In this document: in pieces, positions 36,900 through 46,971 of the stretch
Layout of the letters: the number at the start of each line of letters is the position of its first letter
Position numbering within the stretch: the stretch's first letter is position 1
IMG/VR virus record: IMGVR_UViG_3300045999_012682
Coordinates: 1-54,564 of that record
Strand: one strand, 5' to 3'
DNA: 54,564 nucleotides
DNA from: a virus
Lineage: Duplodnaviria; Caudoviricetes
Program-made: the position numbers and the translations under genes
Notes under the pieces: generated by a model
The model's input: the letters and a program-made list of their open reading frames with translations, nothing else
Database searches by the model: none
Told to the model about the DNA's origin: nothing

Positions 36900-37856
36900 T
36901 CACTCCATTACAAACAGTTTGTTTGCAACAACTTGAGGCTGGGCTTGATTCAGAAGACGCCAGGCTTGTGCCGGATCTACATCCATTTGCTGCTTGAAGC
37001 TACCCCAGAAGTTTTCAGGCTGTTGGGGAGCTGCGGCTGCAGGGGGTGCAGGGAAGTTGCCGTATGCGGCTTGAGCAGGAGCAGTGGGATAACCACGGGT
37101 CTCCAGCTGAGCCTCATTTTCATATACAGGATATGGACCTTCTGGACCAAAGAACTTCAGAGTGTAATCACTCAGAACATCTGGATTGGTCAGAATCTCG
37201 TTGTAAGCAAGATTCTCGGTATGCTCGTTAGTAGCAAAAACTGCATAACCTTGAATTAAATTTTGTGCTCGATGCCCCCAGGCAACAGCACTATCCAGCA
37301 TTCCTTCCAGGTTTAGTGCGTACTGGTTTAGAAGGGCTGGAGCCTCCACCCCGAACGCGTCGATCACCTGACGGCTTTCCTGACTCAGACCCAGGTAATC
37401 CGCGATTTGCTCCAAGGAGGGACTCGAGGAAGTTTGGGAAGAGCTGGGCGATGAGACCTGGTTGGTTGACCAAGTCTGCGCTACCGAGTTCGGCGTAGGC
37501 TGGACGCTGGGAAGTCCGTAATTGGCCGGGGTATACGCTGTCGTCGGAGCTGATGGTTGCCCCTGGAACGGGGATTGAACTGGAGCGCTCAGTAAGTTCA
37601 CCACCTTGTTGAACGCCGACTCCCATGGATTCCCCGTCGGGGTTTCCGGTTGGGATTGGGGGACGTACTGAGTAGGGGCGGATTGGTAACTGATATTCGG
37701 CTGAGGTGTCGTTACCTGGTAACCCTGGGTTGCTGCTTGGTACGCCACCGGAGCCGCTTGGTAATTGCTTGGTGCTGGCGCCACGTAGCTGCTCGGAGCC
37801 ACCGCCGCTGGTACGGGGCTCGTCTGTGGGATCGATTGGACGGTAGCGTCCTGCAT
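36900..37856 (-). CDS. putative capsid scaffolding protein
   Basis: AAAGGAG RBS; Pro/Gln-rich N-terminus; lies between portal and capsid genes. Confidence 0.65.
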   Translation of the reverse strand: MQDATVQSIPQTSPVPAAVAPSSYVAPAPSNYQAAPVAYQAATQGYQVTTPQPNISYQSAPTQYVPQSQPETPTGNPWESAFNKVVNLLSAPVQSPFQGQPSAPTTAYTPANYGLPSVQPTPNSVAQTWSTNQVSSPSSSQTSSSPSLEQIADYLGLSQESRQVIDAFGVEAPALLNQYALNLEGMLDSAVAWGHRAQNLIQGYAVFATNEHTENLAYNEILTNPDVLSDYTLKFFGPEGPYPVYENEAQLETRGYPTAPAQAAYGNFPAPPAAAAPQQPENFWGSFKQQMDVDPAQAWRLLNQAQPQVVANKLFVME

Positions 37857-39606
37857 AACTCATCTCCTTTTGTAAGGCTTCTAAAGTTCGATACAGATAT
37901 GGCGTTAAATCCAATCTTGGATCCGCAGCCATCGGAAGATCCGGTGCTTGCGGGTGAGGAGTCTGCATCATGCCCCCCACTAGTTTTGCAAATGCAGAGT
38001 ATGCACCCTGCAATTCGTTCACCATCCTGAATGGGAACCCAGATAACATCTCGGCTCGTTCCTCATCCGTCTTAGACGGAAAGAGGTATTTCAGTGCTTC
38101 AATGCTATCAACACCTAATTCCTGAAGGTTGCGTACCACAATGGAGTTGTTCAAGATATCCTGCGTGGAATCTTCATAGACAGGTCCAAGCCATCTCCAA
38201 AGCATGGTGACGTCACCATCAGGAATTAAACCCTGAACGCCTGGAGGAATCTGTTGTGCCTCCACACATGCAACCATAAGTTGTTTAATCTGTGCATTAT
38301 ATTGTTTTAAAGCTTCTTCATAAGCAGCAACTTCATCTTCTGGAGCCCCTTTTACTGGAGAAATAGGCTTTTCAATTTGTGCTGCTTGTGCCAAACTATC
38401 TTTAAATAGTTGTTCCTCTTGATAAACAATTAATTCAAGACAACGACAAATGCCATGGGTGTAAATAGCATTCGCTTTTTTCTTGGATGTTGCAGATACA
38501 CGGCCAAACAATGATTTATATTCAGTTGCTGTCACACCTGCTGAAATAGAAAGCTCATCAACGCCACCAAGTGCTGTGCGGATCTCTTCTCGATACTGAC
38601 GGGCAAATGCGTTTTGGTCACCAGTGATGGCATCAGGGACAATGTAACCAACTCGATCGTTCGGTTCCAGGTTTGCAATGATGCGTGGAACACGGAGTTG
38701 ACCATCCACACCGCGCATGATGGGATCTGCTTTAAACCGTGATTGGCTTAATGCACCCAGACCAGTAAAACCAGAGTTTGCTGCAATAGAGGGACGTTGG
38801 ACTGACATGTCTCCACCAGCTTCCATTAGGTCACTCTTTGGCCTTGAGGAAAGAAGAGTTGGATTACCAAAGAACTGAACATTCTTCCGCATGGTGCGAA
38901 CCATTTCGTCATGAATGACAATATGATTTGCCATCCCATCAAATTCACCAACCCCTTCATTGGAGAAACCTTTGGGATTATTAAAAATCTCTACGCAGGG
39001 AATAAAACCAAGAGTGTTTTTAAAAGTTTTAGTGCGTCCTAAAGCGGTGTAATTTGTTGTTTCAAATGAAAGTTCACCTTCTGAATGAGTTTCTTCAATA
39101 GTGTCTGATTTAATAGCTAGTCGGATGTAACGTTTAGCACCTTGTTCAAATGCTGCGCCACCTGCTCCAAGAGTGGCAAGATTAATACCGTCTGTAGCAC
39201 CAAAGCCTTTACGAACTTTGTAGCTATAGATAATTACCACTTCATCCAGCTCACCATCAACGTTATAAAACGAGCGGTACTCATGAGCACGGAAGTAGTA
39301 GAGACGATAGCTGAATTTGGTAGGACGAATGTAAAACAGGCCTTTACCGTCGCAAAGAAAATACTCCCAAATCGAATCGAGCCTGGTGTCAAGCTTGTTG
39401 TACTTCAGGACACGATCAATAAAATCTTTACGTTGATTACCAAAGTTATCTTGGGAGGGAAAAAACTCAACTCCTTGGCGAATGCCAAAAAGTTTCATCT
39501 GTGCAATATGAGATGCAATGATACCCGTATCGACGGTCATCGACCCATCTTTTTCAAGATAGGAATCAACCATCTCTTTAAGACGATACTTTGCATCCAT
39601 TGACAT
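37291..39606 (-). CDS. portal protein
   Basis: Downstream of terminase; NTLGFIPCVEIFNNP...GVGEFD, SAGVTATE; long C-terminal extension overlapping the scaffold gene. Confidence 0.75.
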   Translation of the reverse strand: MSMDAKYRLKEMVDSYLEKDGSMTVDTGIIASHIAQMKLFGIRQGVEFFPSQDNFGNQRKDFIDRVLKYNKLDTRLDSIWEYFLCDGKGLFYIRPTKFSYRLYYFRAHEYRSFYNVDGELDEVVIIYSYKVRKGFGATDGINLATLGAGGAAFEQGAKRYIRLAIKSDTIEETHSEGELSFETTNYTALGRTKTFKNTLGFIPCVEIFNNPKGFSNEGVGEFDGMANHIVIHDEMVRTMRKNVQFFGNPTLLSSRPKSDLMEAGGDMSVQRPSIAANSGFTGLGALSQSRFKADPIMRGVDGQLRVPRIIANLEPNDRVGYIVPDAITGDQNAFARQYREEIRTALGGVDELSISAGVTATEYKSLFGRVSATSKKKANAIYTHGICRCLELIVYQEEQLFKDSLAQAAQIEKPISPVKGAPEDEVAAYEEALKQYNAQIKQLMVACVEAQQIPPGVQGLIPDGDVTMLWRWLGPVYEDSTQDILNNSIVVRNLQELGVDSIEALKYLFPSKTDEERAEMLSGFPFRMVNELQGAYSAFAKLVGGMMQTPHPQAPDLPMAADPRLDLTPYLYRTLEALQKEMSYAGRYRPIDPTDEPRTSGGGSEQLRGASTKQLPSGSGGVPSSNPGLPGNDTSAEYQLPIRPYSVRPPIPTGNPDGESMGVGVQQGGELTERSSSIPVPGATISSDDSVYPGQLRTSQRPAYAELGSADLVNQPGLIAQLFPNFLESLLGANRGLPGSESGKPSGDRRVRGGGSSPSKPVRTKPGRNAG

Positions 39607-39640
39607 GAGTTATCTCTCTTTTAGTTTTATGTTAACAGCT

Positions 39641-39967
39641 TTAGAAGCGACCCATTGCATTAGCCTGGACCCCATACCCCGGTAGCATAGCGCCAATATT
39701 TTGGACTTGGGCAAGCAATCCGCCCATGTTCCCAACGGCTCCTGGAAAACCAGCAAAAGGTAGCTGTGGACCTGGTCGATTTTGTTGCTCGTAATATTTT
39801 TGTAAATCGCCGGGACGACTGTCCCATTCTTTGAGTTTATTTAATTCTTCTTGCGACATCCCTTTAAAAGGGTTGCGCGGACCAATTTGAAAACTTGGGC
39901 TGCCAGCCAATACGCCAGCGTCATTACCTAATCCAGTCGGTAATCCACCAAAGTAACGTACGGACAT
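39641..39967 (-). CDS. hypothetical Gly-rich protein
   Basis: 108-aa ORF, TAGAATA upstream. Confidence 0.65.
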   Translation of the reverse strand: MSVRYFGGLPTGLGNDAGVLAGSPSFQIGPRNPFKGMSQEELNKLKEWDSRPGDLQKYYEQQNRPGPQLPFAGFPGAVGNMGGLLAQVQNIGAMLPGYGVQANAMGRF

Positions 39968-39990
39968 CTTTGTCTTACTTTTTATTTATT

Positions 39991-40173
39991 CTACTCTTCT
40001 ATTACTTCATACCCAGATGCGTCATGTACTTTTGATAAAACAATGCCTTCACCCCTGACATCCCAATTTAAAACATCACCCTCTTGCCAGCCAAGCTCTT
40101 CAATCACTTCGTCTGGAAACGTAATATACAGTTCTCCGTTTTCATCTTCTTCGACTTCAAGAATGTAACTCAT
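39991..40173 (-). CDS. AbrB/MazE-like DNA-binding protein
   Basis: GELYITFPDEVIEELGWQEGDVLNW. Confidence 0.75.
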   Translation of the reverse strand: MSYILEVEEDENGELYITFPDEVIEELGWQEGDVLNWDVRGEGIVLSKVHDASGYEVIEE

Positions 40174-40466
40174 TTTGATTCAAGCAATTTCTCCATTAGC
40201 TTATCAAGTTTATTGTTGATTTGATTAAAATTGTCATGCATTTGTTGGATTTCTCTCAAGAAGTCAACTTTAAGAACGTACTCTAAAGGCATCCGCTTTA
40301 AATCGTCTTCCAAAACATCAATCCTACGTTTTTGGGACCCAATGTAGTTAAAAGCTTGCTGGATCTGATCGTTCTGTCTACCTAAGATTTTACCGGCGAC
40401 CCAGCTGCCACCGGTAACAGCAGATACAACGGCTGTTAAGCCGATCGCAATATACTCTGGACCCAC
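40170..40466 (-). CDS. N-terminal TM + coiled-coil protein
   Basis: TM helix then YVLKVDF...INNKLDKL. Confidence 0.7.
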   Translation of the reverse strand: MGPEYIAIGLTAVVSAVTGGSWVAGKILGRQNDQIQQAFNYIGSQKRRIDVLEDDLKRMPLEYVLKVDFLREIQQMHDNFNQINNKLDKLMEKLLESK

Positions 40467-40496
40467 TGGATTAAAATATTTTTTACTATTCTAAAT

Positions 40497-42023
40497 TCAG
40501 TAATCAAGTTGTAAATTACCTTTTTTCATCAAACCATTCACAAGCCAAACCAACGCATCTACACAGTCATCATGACCACTCACGCCAAAATTAGTCAGTT
40601 CTTCAAACATGGCAGTAAAGTTGCGATAACGATTAAAGACAATCTTTCGGTCTTCAAACATTCCCATGATTCCACGGAATCGAGCCAATTTATCAGCACG
40701 GAAGCCTTTAACAGGATGCCAAAGAATGTTATAAAGACCTTCGTTATTTAAACAAATCCTTTTAAAATCAGCCTCTAGGGACGCTTGGTACTGTACAGCT
40801 TCTGACCAAACATCACATGTTGAAAAGGTTGGGAAGTAATTTCCGTTTTGATCTTTTCCAATAATTGACCAATCATTCATCAGCTCTTTAAGAGCATCAA
40901 GTTTTTCAAGATTACCCATGACACGCATGCGTCGGTAGTCAATAATATGAATCTTGTCTTCAATGCGGCCACCAAGAACAAACACGGTGTAATCATTTTT
41001 TTCTTTTGTTCCAGCAGATAAGTCAACTCCAATTCCAAGCGTGTCAAACTCTGTTGCAATTTCTGCTTTAACAATTAATTCAGGCGCAAGCGATAACTCG
41101 TTTTGCCTGACGATTTTATTCATGTACTGAAAAGAAAAAGCAATTGGAGCCTGTCGTTTCTTTTCTTTTAAATAGTCCAAAGACCACATCTCTGGCCAAT
41201 AAGACAGTTCTTCCCCTGTCTTTGGATCAGAATTAATTGCTGACAATACAATCTGTGACCAGTTATTTTGTGAATTGAAAGTTGTTGCATGAATATCATC
41301 ATGCCGGAAGCGAGTACCAAGACAGATGGCACGTGCTCCTTCAAACATAGTGGGGGCAATCACAGCATTCCAGTTTTCCTGCATCTGTTTACGGATGTCA
41401 GGGTTGGCAATATCCGCGGCTGATTTAATAGCGTCATCAATCATCACAAGATGAGAACGCTTGGAGGTCACAGAACCTTTGAGGCCAGCAGCACAAAGCG
41501 TGAATTGTTCTTCACCTGTAGTGTCGATGCCAGCAAATTTATGGTCAATAGACCAATACTCATTACTGGTGACGTTCTTCAAAAGACGTACGGTTGGAAA
41601 GACTTCTTGATATCTTTTGCTTTCGATAATTCGTTTGATGGTTGCCGATTTGGAACGAGCAATATCAACCGTATAAGAAAGATAAAGGATCTGGAGCGGA
41701 AGCTTGGCAGCAGTGTGAATACCAATTGCCCAGGCAGTCAGTAAACCAAGGACGGTACTTTTTGCTGAGCCACGTGGGGCAAGTAGATCGATGTTGGGCC
41801 CAGCAATCTTGATTAGACAGGAACTATCTTCGTTCGTTACAAAGTGCCGATGCCAGTCTTTGTGGTGCTCGGCAGGAGGTTTATCTGCAACGTACTCACA
41901 AAAGAACGCAAAATCCTCTCTTGCTTTCTGAAGGAGTTCTAAGTTGCGTGGCTTCTTGATCTGTTGATTTTGTGCCGCCGCTTTAGCGTTACGGCGATGC
42001 GCAAGATAAAGATAAGAAGGCAC
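40497..42023 (-). CDS. terL: terminase large subunit
   Basis: LAPRGSAKST (Walker A), LVMIDD (Walker B), LGTRFRHDD, IGVDLS, HDDCVDA. Confidence 0.92.
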   Translation of the reverse strand: MPSYLYLAHRRNAKAAAQNQQIKKPRNLELLQKAREDFAFFCEYVADKPPAEHHKDWHRHFVTNEDSSCLIKIAGPNIDLLAPRGSAKSTVLGLLTAWAIGIHTAAKLPLQILYLSYTVDIARSKSATIKRIIESKRYQEVFPTVRLLKNVTSNEYWSIDHKFAGIDTTGEEQFTLCAAGLKGSVTSKRSHLVMIDDAIKSAADIANPDIRKQMQENWNAVIAPTMFEGARAICLGTRFRHDDIHATTFNSQNNWSQIVLSAINSDPKTGEELSYWPEMWSLDYLKEKKRQAPIAFSFQYMNKIVRQNELSLAPELIVKAEIATEFDTLGIGVDLSAGTKEKNDYTVFVLGGRIEDKIHIIDYRRMRVMGNLEKLDALKELMNDWSIIGKDQNGNYFPTFSTCDVWSEAVQYQASLEADFKRICLNNEGLYNILWHPVKGFRADKLARFRGIMGMFEDRKIVFNRYRNFTAMFEELTNFGVSGHDDCVDALVWLVNGLMKKGNLQLDY

Positions 42024-42052
42024 AATAAATAAGCAGTTAATTAAATACTAAC

Positions 42053-42181
42053 TTATTTTTGTTTTTTGTTTTTTTGATATTGACGTGCTTTCTCTAAAGC
42101 TTCTTTCCTTTTTTCTTTATCAGAAGTTTTATCTTCGCCTGCTTTTTTACCCTTAAAGTGTGCCAGGATTTCTGGCGGCAT
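42053..42181 (-). CDS. small basic protein (42 aa)
   Basis: Read by hand: MPPEILAHFKGKKAGEDKTSDKEKRKEALEKARQYQKNKKQK. Confidence 0.6.
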   Translation of the reverse strand: MPPEILAHFKGKKAGEDKTSDKEKRKEALEKARQYQKNKKQK

Positions 42182-42182
42182 T

Positions 42183-42365
42183 TTATTGGACATTTTGGTT
42201 TGGGTTTACAGTTTTCTTATTGAAACCTGCTAATTGAACTTCTTGTGAACCAGCAACGTTTTGAGTTGGTTGATTAATTGTACGACCCATACGATTCCGC
42301 TGGATCTCTCGAACAATTCCAGATAACTTACCAGCAAATTCGCCGGCATCTACGTTGGCGCCCAT
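42183..42365 (-). CDS. hypothetical protein
   Basis: 60-aa ORF, TAGAATA upstream. Confidence 0.6.
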   Translation of the reverse strand: MGANVDAGEFAGKLSGIVREIQRNRMGRTINQPTQNVAGSQEVQLAGFNKKTVNPNQNVQ

Positions 42366-42398
42366 TTGTACGTGGAATTTAGTTTTATTCTAAAGTGA

Positions 42399-42932
42399 TT
42401 ATTCTTCTAATTGCATACGAGCCCATACGCTCATCGAAGCTTCATGCAATGGCGCTTCAATAGGATCATCTTTGAAAATAAACATCAACTCGCGAATAGC
42501 ACGATCTGCACCAGCCATCAATAAACCTTTGCGATCTTTAGTAGAAGTGTATTGCTCAATTTGTTGAATTGTGCCACGGAGTTCTTTTTGCATAGAAGCA
42601 ATGCGAGCAACACCGGCGTCACGCTTGACAATACCTGCTTCTACATCATCGCGCAATTTTCTAATGTCCTCTTGCATCTCATCGATTTCATGCAATAAGA
42701 CCTTACGATGATCTGGCTTGGGATAATGCTTATTTACCCAAAGATCACACGCGGAAATACTGCCGCGATAATCAAGGAAACGGGCATACAGAAAACATTC
42801 AATAACAGAATAATTTTCTGAGCAGAAAGATACAAAAGCTTCTTGAGACGCAGAGTCTAAATTATCGACCCAGGTGTCAAAAAGCTCAATATCGATAAGC
42901 GCGTTGGGCCTGGCGGTAATCCCGTTCTTCAT
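42399..42932 (-). CDS. helical protein, candidate terminase small subunit
   Basis: Coiled-coil protein upstream of terL; start uncertain (ATG 42932); function inferred from position only. Confidence 0.45.
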   Translation of the reverse strand: MKNGITARPNALIDIELFDTWVDNLDSASQEAFVSFCSENYSVIECFLYARFLDYRGSISACDLWVNKHYPKPDHRKVLLHEIDEMQEDIRKLRDDVEAGIVKRDAGVARIASMQKELRGTIQQIEQYTSTKDRKGLLMAGADRAIRELMFIFKDDPIEAPLHEASMSVWARMQLEE

Positions 42933-43164
42933 CGCTTTGAGCGAACCGCTGGGCTTGTTCCGCCCCTGCACGCTGCTCTTGTGCGCCTCGGCTGATGGTT
43001 GCACGTTCTTGCTCACCAGATTCCCTCATTTTTTCTTTACTGGAGCCAACAGAAACATCCTGGAAGATCTTGACAGCAGAAGCTGCTTTACGTGCTTTGT
43101 CCTCGTCAAACAAAAACCCATATGGATCTGTTTCAGTACTGAGAAAATCGTCTTCCATTATCAA
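42886..43164 (-). CDS. hypothetical protein
   Basis: 92-aa ORF coupled to upstream gene. Confidence 0.65.
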   Translation of the reverse strand: MIMEDDFLSTETDPYGFLFDEDKARKAASAVKIFQDVSVGSSKEKMRESGEQERATISRGAQEQRAGAEQAQRFAQSDEERDYRQAQRAYRY

Positions 43165-43349
43165 AATGTTTCTTTATTTTGTGTTGGCTCTTTTTTATTA
43201 TCTCCCCCAAAAGGAGACTCTTCTTTTGACTGCTGATCTTCTGCTTTTGTTTTAGCGTAACGATAGGCTAATTCTGCAGCTTGTTTGTAGCGATTCAGAT
43301 CTGACTGTAAGCCAGAATCGTCTTGTGCTGCTGCAGAATCAGCGTTCAT
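43161..43349 (-). CDS. hypothetical protein
   Basis: 62-aa ORF in operon. Confidence 0.6.
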   Translation of the reverse strand: MNADSAAAQDDSGLQSDLNRYKQAAELAYRYAKTKAEDQQSKEESPFGGDNKKEPTQNKETF

Positions 43350-43359
43350 TTTATTGTGA

Positions 43360-43614
43360 TCAGAAATTGCTCATCATAGAAGCCAGGCCTTGACTCATGA
43401 TGTCACGACGACCTTCAACACTCTTCTGACGTTGTTGACGCGTCTTCGAACCTTCGAGCCGTCCCAGGAGATCTTCAAATTCTGTGATATCAAAAGACTT
43501 AGCACCATACTCACCTTCTGCTGCTTGTTTTTTTAGTGCAGAAGCAGTTGCCGCATCAATTTCACCACGAGCTAATGCAGAGTTGATACCTGCAATAGTG
43601 CTTTGATAGGTCAT
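43360..43614 (-). CDS. hypothetical protein
   Basis: 84-aa ORF. Confidence 0.7.
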   Translation of the reverse strand: MTYQSTIAGINSALARGEIDAATASALKKQAAEGEYGAKSFDITEFEDLLGRLEGSKTRQQRQKSVEGRRDIMSQGLASMMSNF

Positions 43615-43660
43615 GTTTCGAAACGTAATAACGTTATGAAATTATTTTAGCGTAAAAGAT

Positions 43661-44431
43661 TTAAAAACTAAATGCGCCAATCAATGCGTTACGGAAGCCA
43701 GCTTCTGATCCAATACGTGCGATGTCTTTTTGTCCGCGCTGTCGTTCAGACTCTTGCTTAACACCAAATTCACCTCTTAGTGTTTCAACATCACGCTCAG
43801 TTTGACCACGAATACCTTCGATGTCTTTTAATCCGGCATTAATAATAGATTGAAGATCAATTCTTTTTTGGCCTTCAATCTCTGCAACACGCGTATTTTT
43901 TAATAGATCTTGATCGGCAATATATTTTTTGGCTTCCAGATCACGGTCATAGCCATATTTAGTTGCAGCAGATGAAATCTCTTGTTGACGAGTAGTATAT
44001 AAACCTCTGACTTGTTCTTTCTCAATTTCAATGTCACCGGCTAATTTAGCTAAAATACCTGCTGATAGAGTGCCATATTCTTGTTCGCTGTAGCGGCCAG
44101 CGGGGATCCCGCTGCCACCAACAACATCAATATATTGCGGACTTAAATTTGTACCAGGAACGCCTGAAATAGTCTCCGTAGGATACTTGATTTCAACTGG
44201 ATCGCCTGAAATAGTCTCCGTGGGAACTGATGTATTGGATGTGTTTTTACTATCTTGGTAAAATTTCTGCGCTCTCTTGTTAAATTTAACGTTTGGAGTT
44301 TCTTTAGCATACTCCCTAGCTTGTGTTACAGCTTTAGAGCCATACTTTTCTTCAATCTTTTTTAATTCTTTGGCACCAATAACAGGACCAGCCTGCTTAA
44401 TGGCTTTTGTTATCTGCTTGGATTTAGTCAT
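43661..44431 (-). CDS. putative internal virion protein
   Basis: 256 aa; PTETISG duplicated. Confidence 0.7.
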   Translation of the reverse strand: MTKSKQITKAIKQAGPVIGAKELKKIEEKYGSKAVTQAREYAKETPNVKFNKRAQKFYQDSKNTSNTSVPTETISGDPVEIKYPTETISGVPGTNLSPQYIDVVGGSGIPAGRYSEQEYGTLSAGILAKLAGDIEIEKEQVRGLYTTRQQEISSAATKYGYDRDLEAKKYIADQDLLKNTRVAEIEGQKRIDLQSIINAGLKDIEGIRGQTERDVETLRGEFGVKQESERQRGQKDIARIGSEAGFRNALIGAFSF

Positions 44432-44455
44432 CTCTATGAATATCTTTTTATTATT

Positions 44456-45124
44456 TTATGCCATGTTAAGCATAGAAGCGTATTCTTTGACGCCTGGAGC
44501 TTTGCGTGCTGTATCCAGTGCTTTAAGACCAACCGCTACTTTTCTAGGATCAAACACAACGGCTTGGCTCTTGTATTCAGGAGTAGAAAGTAAAGTCTCT
44601 CCTAAAAACGCTTGAAAATCTGGACCTTTAGTAATACCTAATCCTTGCGCTGCACTTGTGTACTTTTGAAACTCTTGGTCACTAAGCGGACGGCCCAGTA
44701 ACTGCTCATAGGCTAAAGAAGCTGCAGGCTTATAACGATCATAGGTTTGTGCTGATACAAGACCAAGCGGTTTTTGACGTAAGATATCTGCTTGCTTGTA
44801 TGCTTGTGGGATTTTACCGCCAACTGCACGTGAAAGATTAAAGAAAGATTCAGCAGCTTCTTCTGGAGAAAAACTTCCTGTTTTAATTCGATTTAGATAA
44901 GATTCAAAGATTGAAGGTAACGCTTTTTTTGTTTGTTCTGCTTGTTTGCGACTTAATGCAATTTCTTGCCGAGCAATATCAGAAGGGTCCTTGGGAACAG
45001 GTCCACCAATATCAGCGTCCATTCCTCGAACATACTTATCTAAATTACTTACTGTTTCGCTAAGTTGCGATAAATCATCTTCTTTATTTGAGTCATCCCA
45101 AAATCTATAAGAATTATCTGCCAT
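44456..45124 (-). CDS. putative virion protein
   Basis: 222 aa; AYEQLLGRPLS motif. Confidence 0.7.
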   Translation of the reverse strand: MADNSYRFWDDSNKEDDLSQLSETVSNLDKYVRGMDADIGGPVPKDPSDIARQEIALSRKQAEQTKKALPSIFESYLNRIKTGSFSPEEAAESFFNLSRAVGGKIPQAYKQADILRQKPLGLVSAQTYDRYKPAASLAYEQLLGRPLSDQEFQKYTSAAQGLGITKGPDFQAFLGETLLSTPEYKSQAVVFDPRKVAVGLKALDTARKAPGVKEYASMLNMA

Positions 45125-45170
45125 GGATAAAATAGAGGTTATCTATTAGAAGCGTTAAACGTATTTTAGT

Positions 45171-45638
45171 TTAAACAAACCTCTGGAAAGGATCCATTTC
45201 TTTTCCGTAGTTTTGTTGTCGAATTCCGGCTAGCTCTTGTGACAAGCGAACACGTTCTTTTGCCAAGGTATTAGGACTAAACGCCAAAGCACCTGCCATC
45301 TTGGTATCTTCAAAAGCCTTGGCTCGATTCATAGGACCACCCTGGGTGAAACCATACTTGTCGCCAGCAGCTTCCATTCCAAAACCGATTAACGGAGCAT
45401 TTTCTGATGCTTTTCTAACCGCTTCAGCCTGTGCTTCAGCAGCCGCTTGCGCCTTATCTCCTGCTTTTTTAGAGCCACTGGCACCAATACCACCACTAAC
45501 TAAACTACTTCCTGCACCAATTAGTGCTGCACCTGTAATAGGATCCATGCCTGTACTGCCTATGGATGAAATGGGACTACTGACGTTTAAGTAACTCGTA
45601 TTAGGTATCGAGCTTAACGGTGTTCCATATGATGCCAT
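45171..45638 (-). CDS. putative ejection/pilot protein
   Basis: MDPITGAALIGAGSSLVSGGIGASGSKKA...AQAAAEAQA is typical of podovirus internal/pilot proteins. Confidence 0.65.
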   Translation of the reverse strand: MASYGTPLSSIPNTSYLNVSSPISSIGSTGMDPITGAALIGAGSSLVSGGIGASGSKKAGDKAQAAAEAQAEAVRKASENAPLIGFGMEAAGDKYGFTQGGPMNRAKAFEDTKMAGALAFSPNTLAKERVRLSQELAGIRQQNYGKEMDPFQRFV

Positions 45639-45653
45639 TATTCTAACCCCAAA

Positions 45654-46103
45654 TTATGAGATATATCTTTTGCCGGATCGAGCATTTTCCAAATAAATTT
45701 GAGTCAAATGACCAGGAGTTCCTCTTGCGATTTCAATAGCAGCTGCCGGATAAGACAAACGTGCAATGGATTCAAAGCCTTGTAAAATTTGTCCTGGCAA
45801 TGCACTCAACATCTTGATCTTTGCGGCTTCTTTACCTTCTTCGCTACGCATTTGCCGAGCGCGCTCCCAGTCTTCTAATGACTCTTGACGTGAAAGAGCC
45901 CTAGTTCTATCAAGGAAGTTAAAGAGAGCAGCATCTTTTGCTTCAATACCAGAAATAGTTGTGTAATCAAAGCCACCTGTGTAACCAGGTGTCATTTGGC
46001 CTGGTACACCAGCAATTAAAGTTCCAAATGGATCAGGAGAAGCAGCGCCAACAGGACTACCTGCTAAACGAATGCCCGAAGAAGAAATACCAGCCATGAT
46101 CAA
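45654..46103 (-). CDS. putative virion protein
   Basis: 149-aa ORF in operon. Confidence 0.65.
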   Translation of the reverse strand: MIMAGISSSGIRLAGSPVGAASPDPFGTLIAGVPGQMTPGYTGGFDYTTISGIEAKDAALFNFLDRTRALSRQESLEDWERARQMRSEEGKEAAKIKMLSALPGQILQGFESIARLSYPAAAIEIARGTPGHLTQIYLENARSGKRYIS

Positions 46104-46951
46104 CCGATCCCCACTGTTGGTGCAGCAAGCGCTGTTACATATGGATTAGTAGCGATTGCTTGACGCATGAATGCACCGCGTTCGCGTTGTGCATCAAGAG
46201 TCAAGTTAACAGCACCTCCAAGAACCATCTGTTGCATATAGGCATTGTTCTGTGAGTTAATCAATGCTTGGGCACGGGTCAAGTCAGCATTCTGTTCAGC
46301 TTGCATGATTGGGAACTGTGCTTGACGTGCACGCAGGTCCTCGTCATTTAGTTTCTTAGTGAGATCAATTGTGGCACCAACACGTGTCTGAAGAGCATTC
46401 CGTTCTTGCGTTAAACCAATCTCACTGAGCTGCTGCATGTACTTCAGCTGTTGCGCAGAAGAATTAAGTGGCAGATCACCAAAAGGAGTTGGGATACTCA
46501 CTGCTTGAGGAGTTTTTTCCAGTGCAGCTTTGGTGCCTCCGACAAGAGCACCGCCAGCCATGGAACCAAGCGTTGTCCCGATTGCTGCCCCAACAGGACC
46601 AAAACCTGCGCCAACGACGCCACCCAAAAGACCGCCAACCGTAGTACCAGCAGCACCTGCAACGTCACCTTGCATCAAGGCTGGGACGCCAGCAAGAACA
46701 GCACCGCCACCAATAATGCCACGTTTAGGAATATTTTTTGCAACACCTAAAACTGTTTCGCCGGCAGAAGATGCAACTTCACCAAGCTTGGCAAGTTTTG
46801 CTTTTGCAAACTCATTACCTGCAGCTGCTTGTTTTTTAAGTTGCTCAATTAGAGTTTGCTCAGCAAGAGCATTTGCCCCTGCGGTTGGGTTGGTATATAA
46901 AGGACTAGATAATGGTTGGGTTGGCGTAGACCAAGGATCTGGATATGCCAT
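46100..46951 (-). CDS. glycine-zipper putative ejection protein
   Basis: GGLLGGVVGAGFGPVGAAIGTTLGSMAGG followed by a Gln-rich coiled coil. Confidence 0.7.
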   Translation of the reverse strand: MAYPDPWSTPTQPLSSPLYTNPTAGANALAEQTLIEQLKKQAAAGNEFAKAKLAKLGEVASSAGETVLGVAKNIPKRGIIGGGAVLAGVPALMQGDVAGAAGTTVGGLLGGVVGAGFGPVGAAIGTTLGSMAGGALVGGTKAALEKTPQAVSIPTPFGDLPLNSSAQQLKYMQQLSEIGLTQERNALQTRVGATIDLTKKLNDEDLRARQAQFPIMQAEQNADLTRAQALINSQNNAYMQQMVLGGAVNLTLDAQRERGAFMRQAIATNPYVTALAAPTVGIG

Positions 46952-46971
46952 TATTAAAACGCTTTTATATT

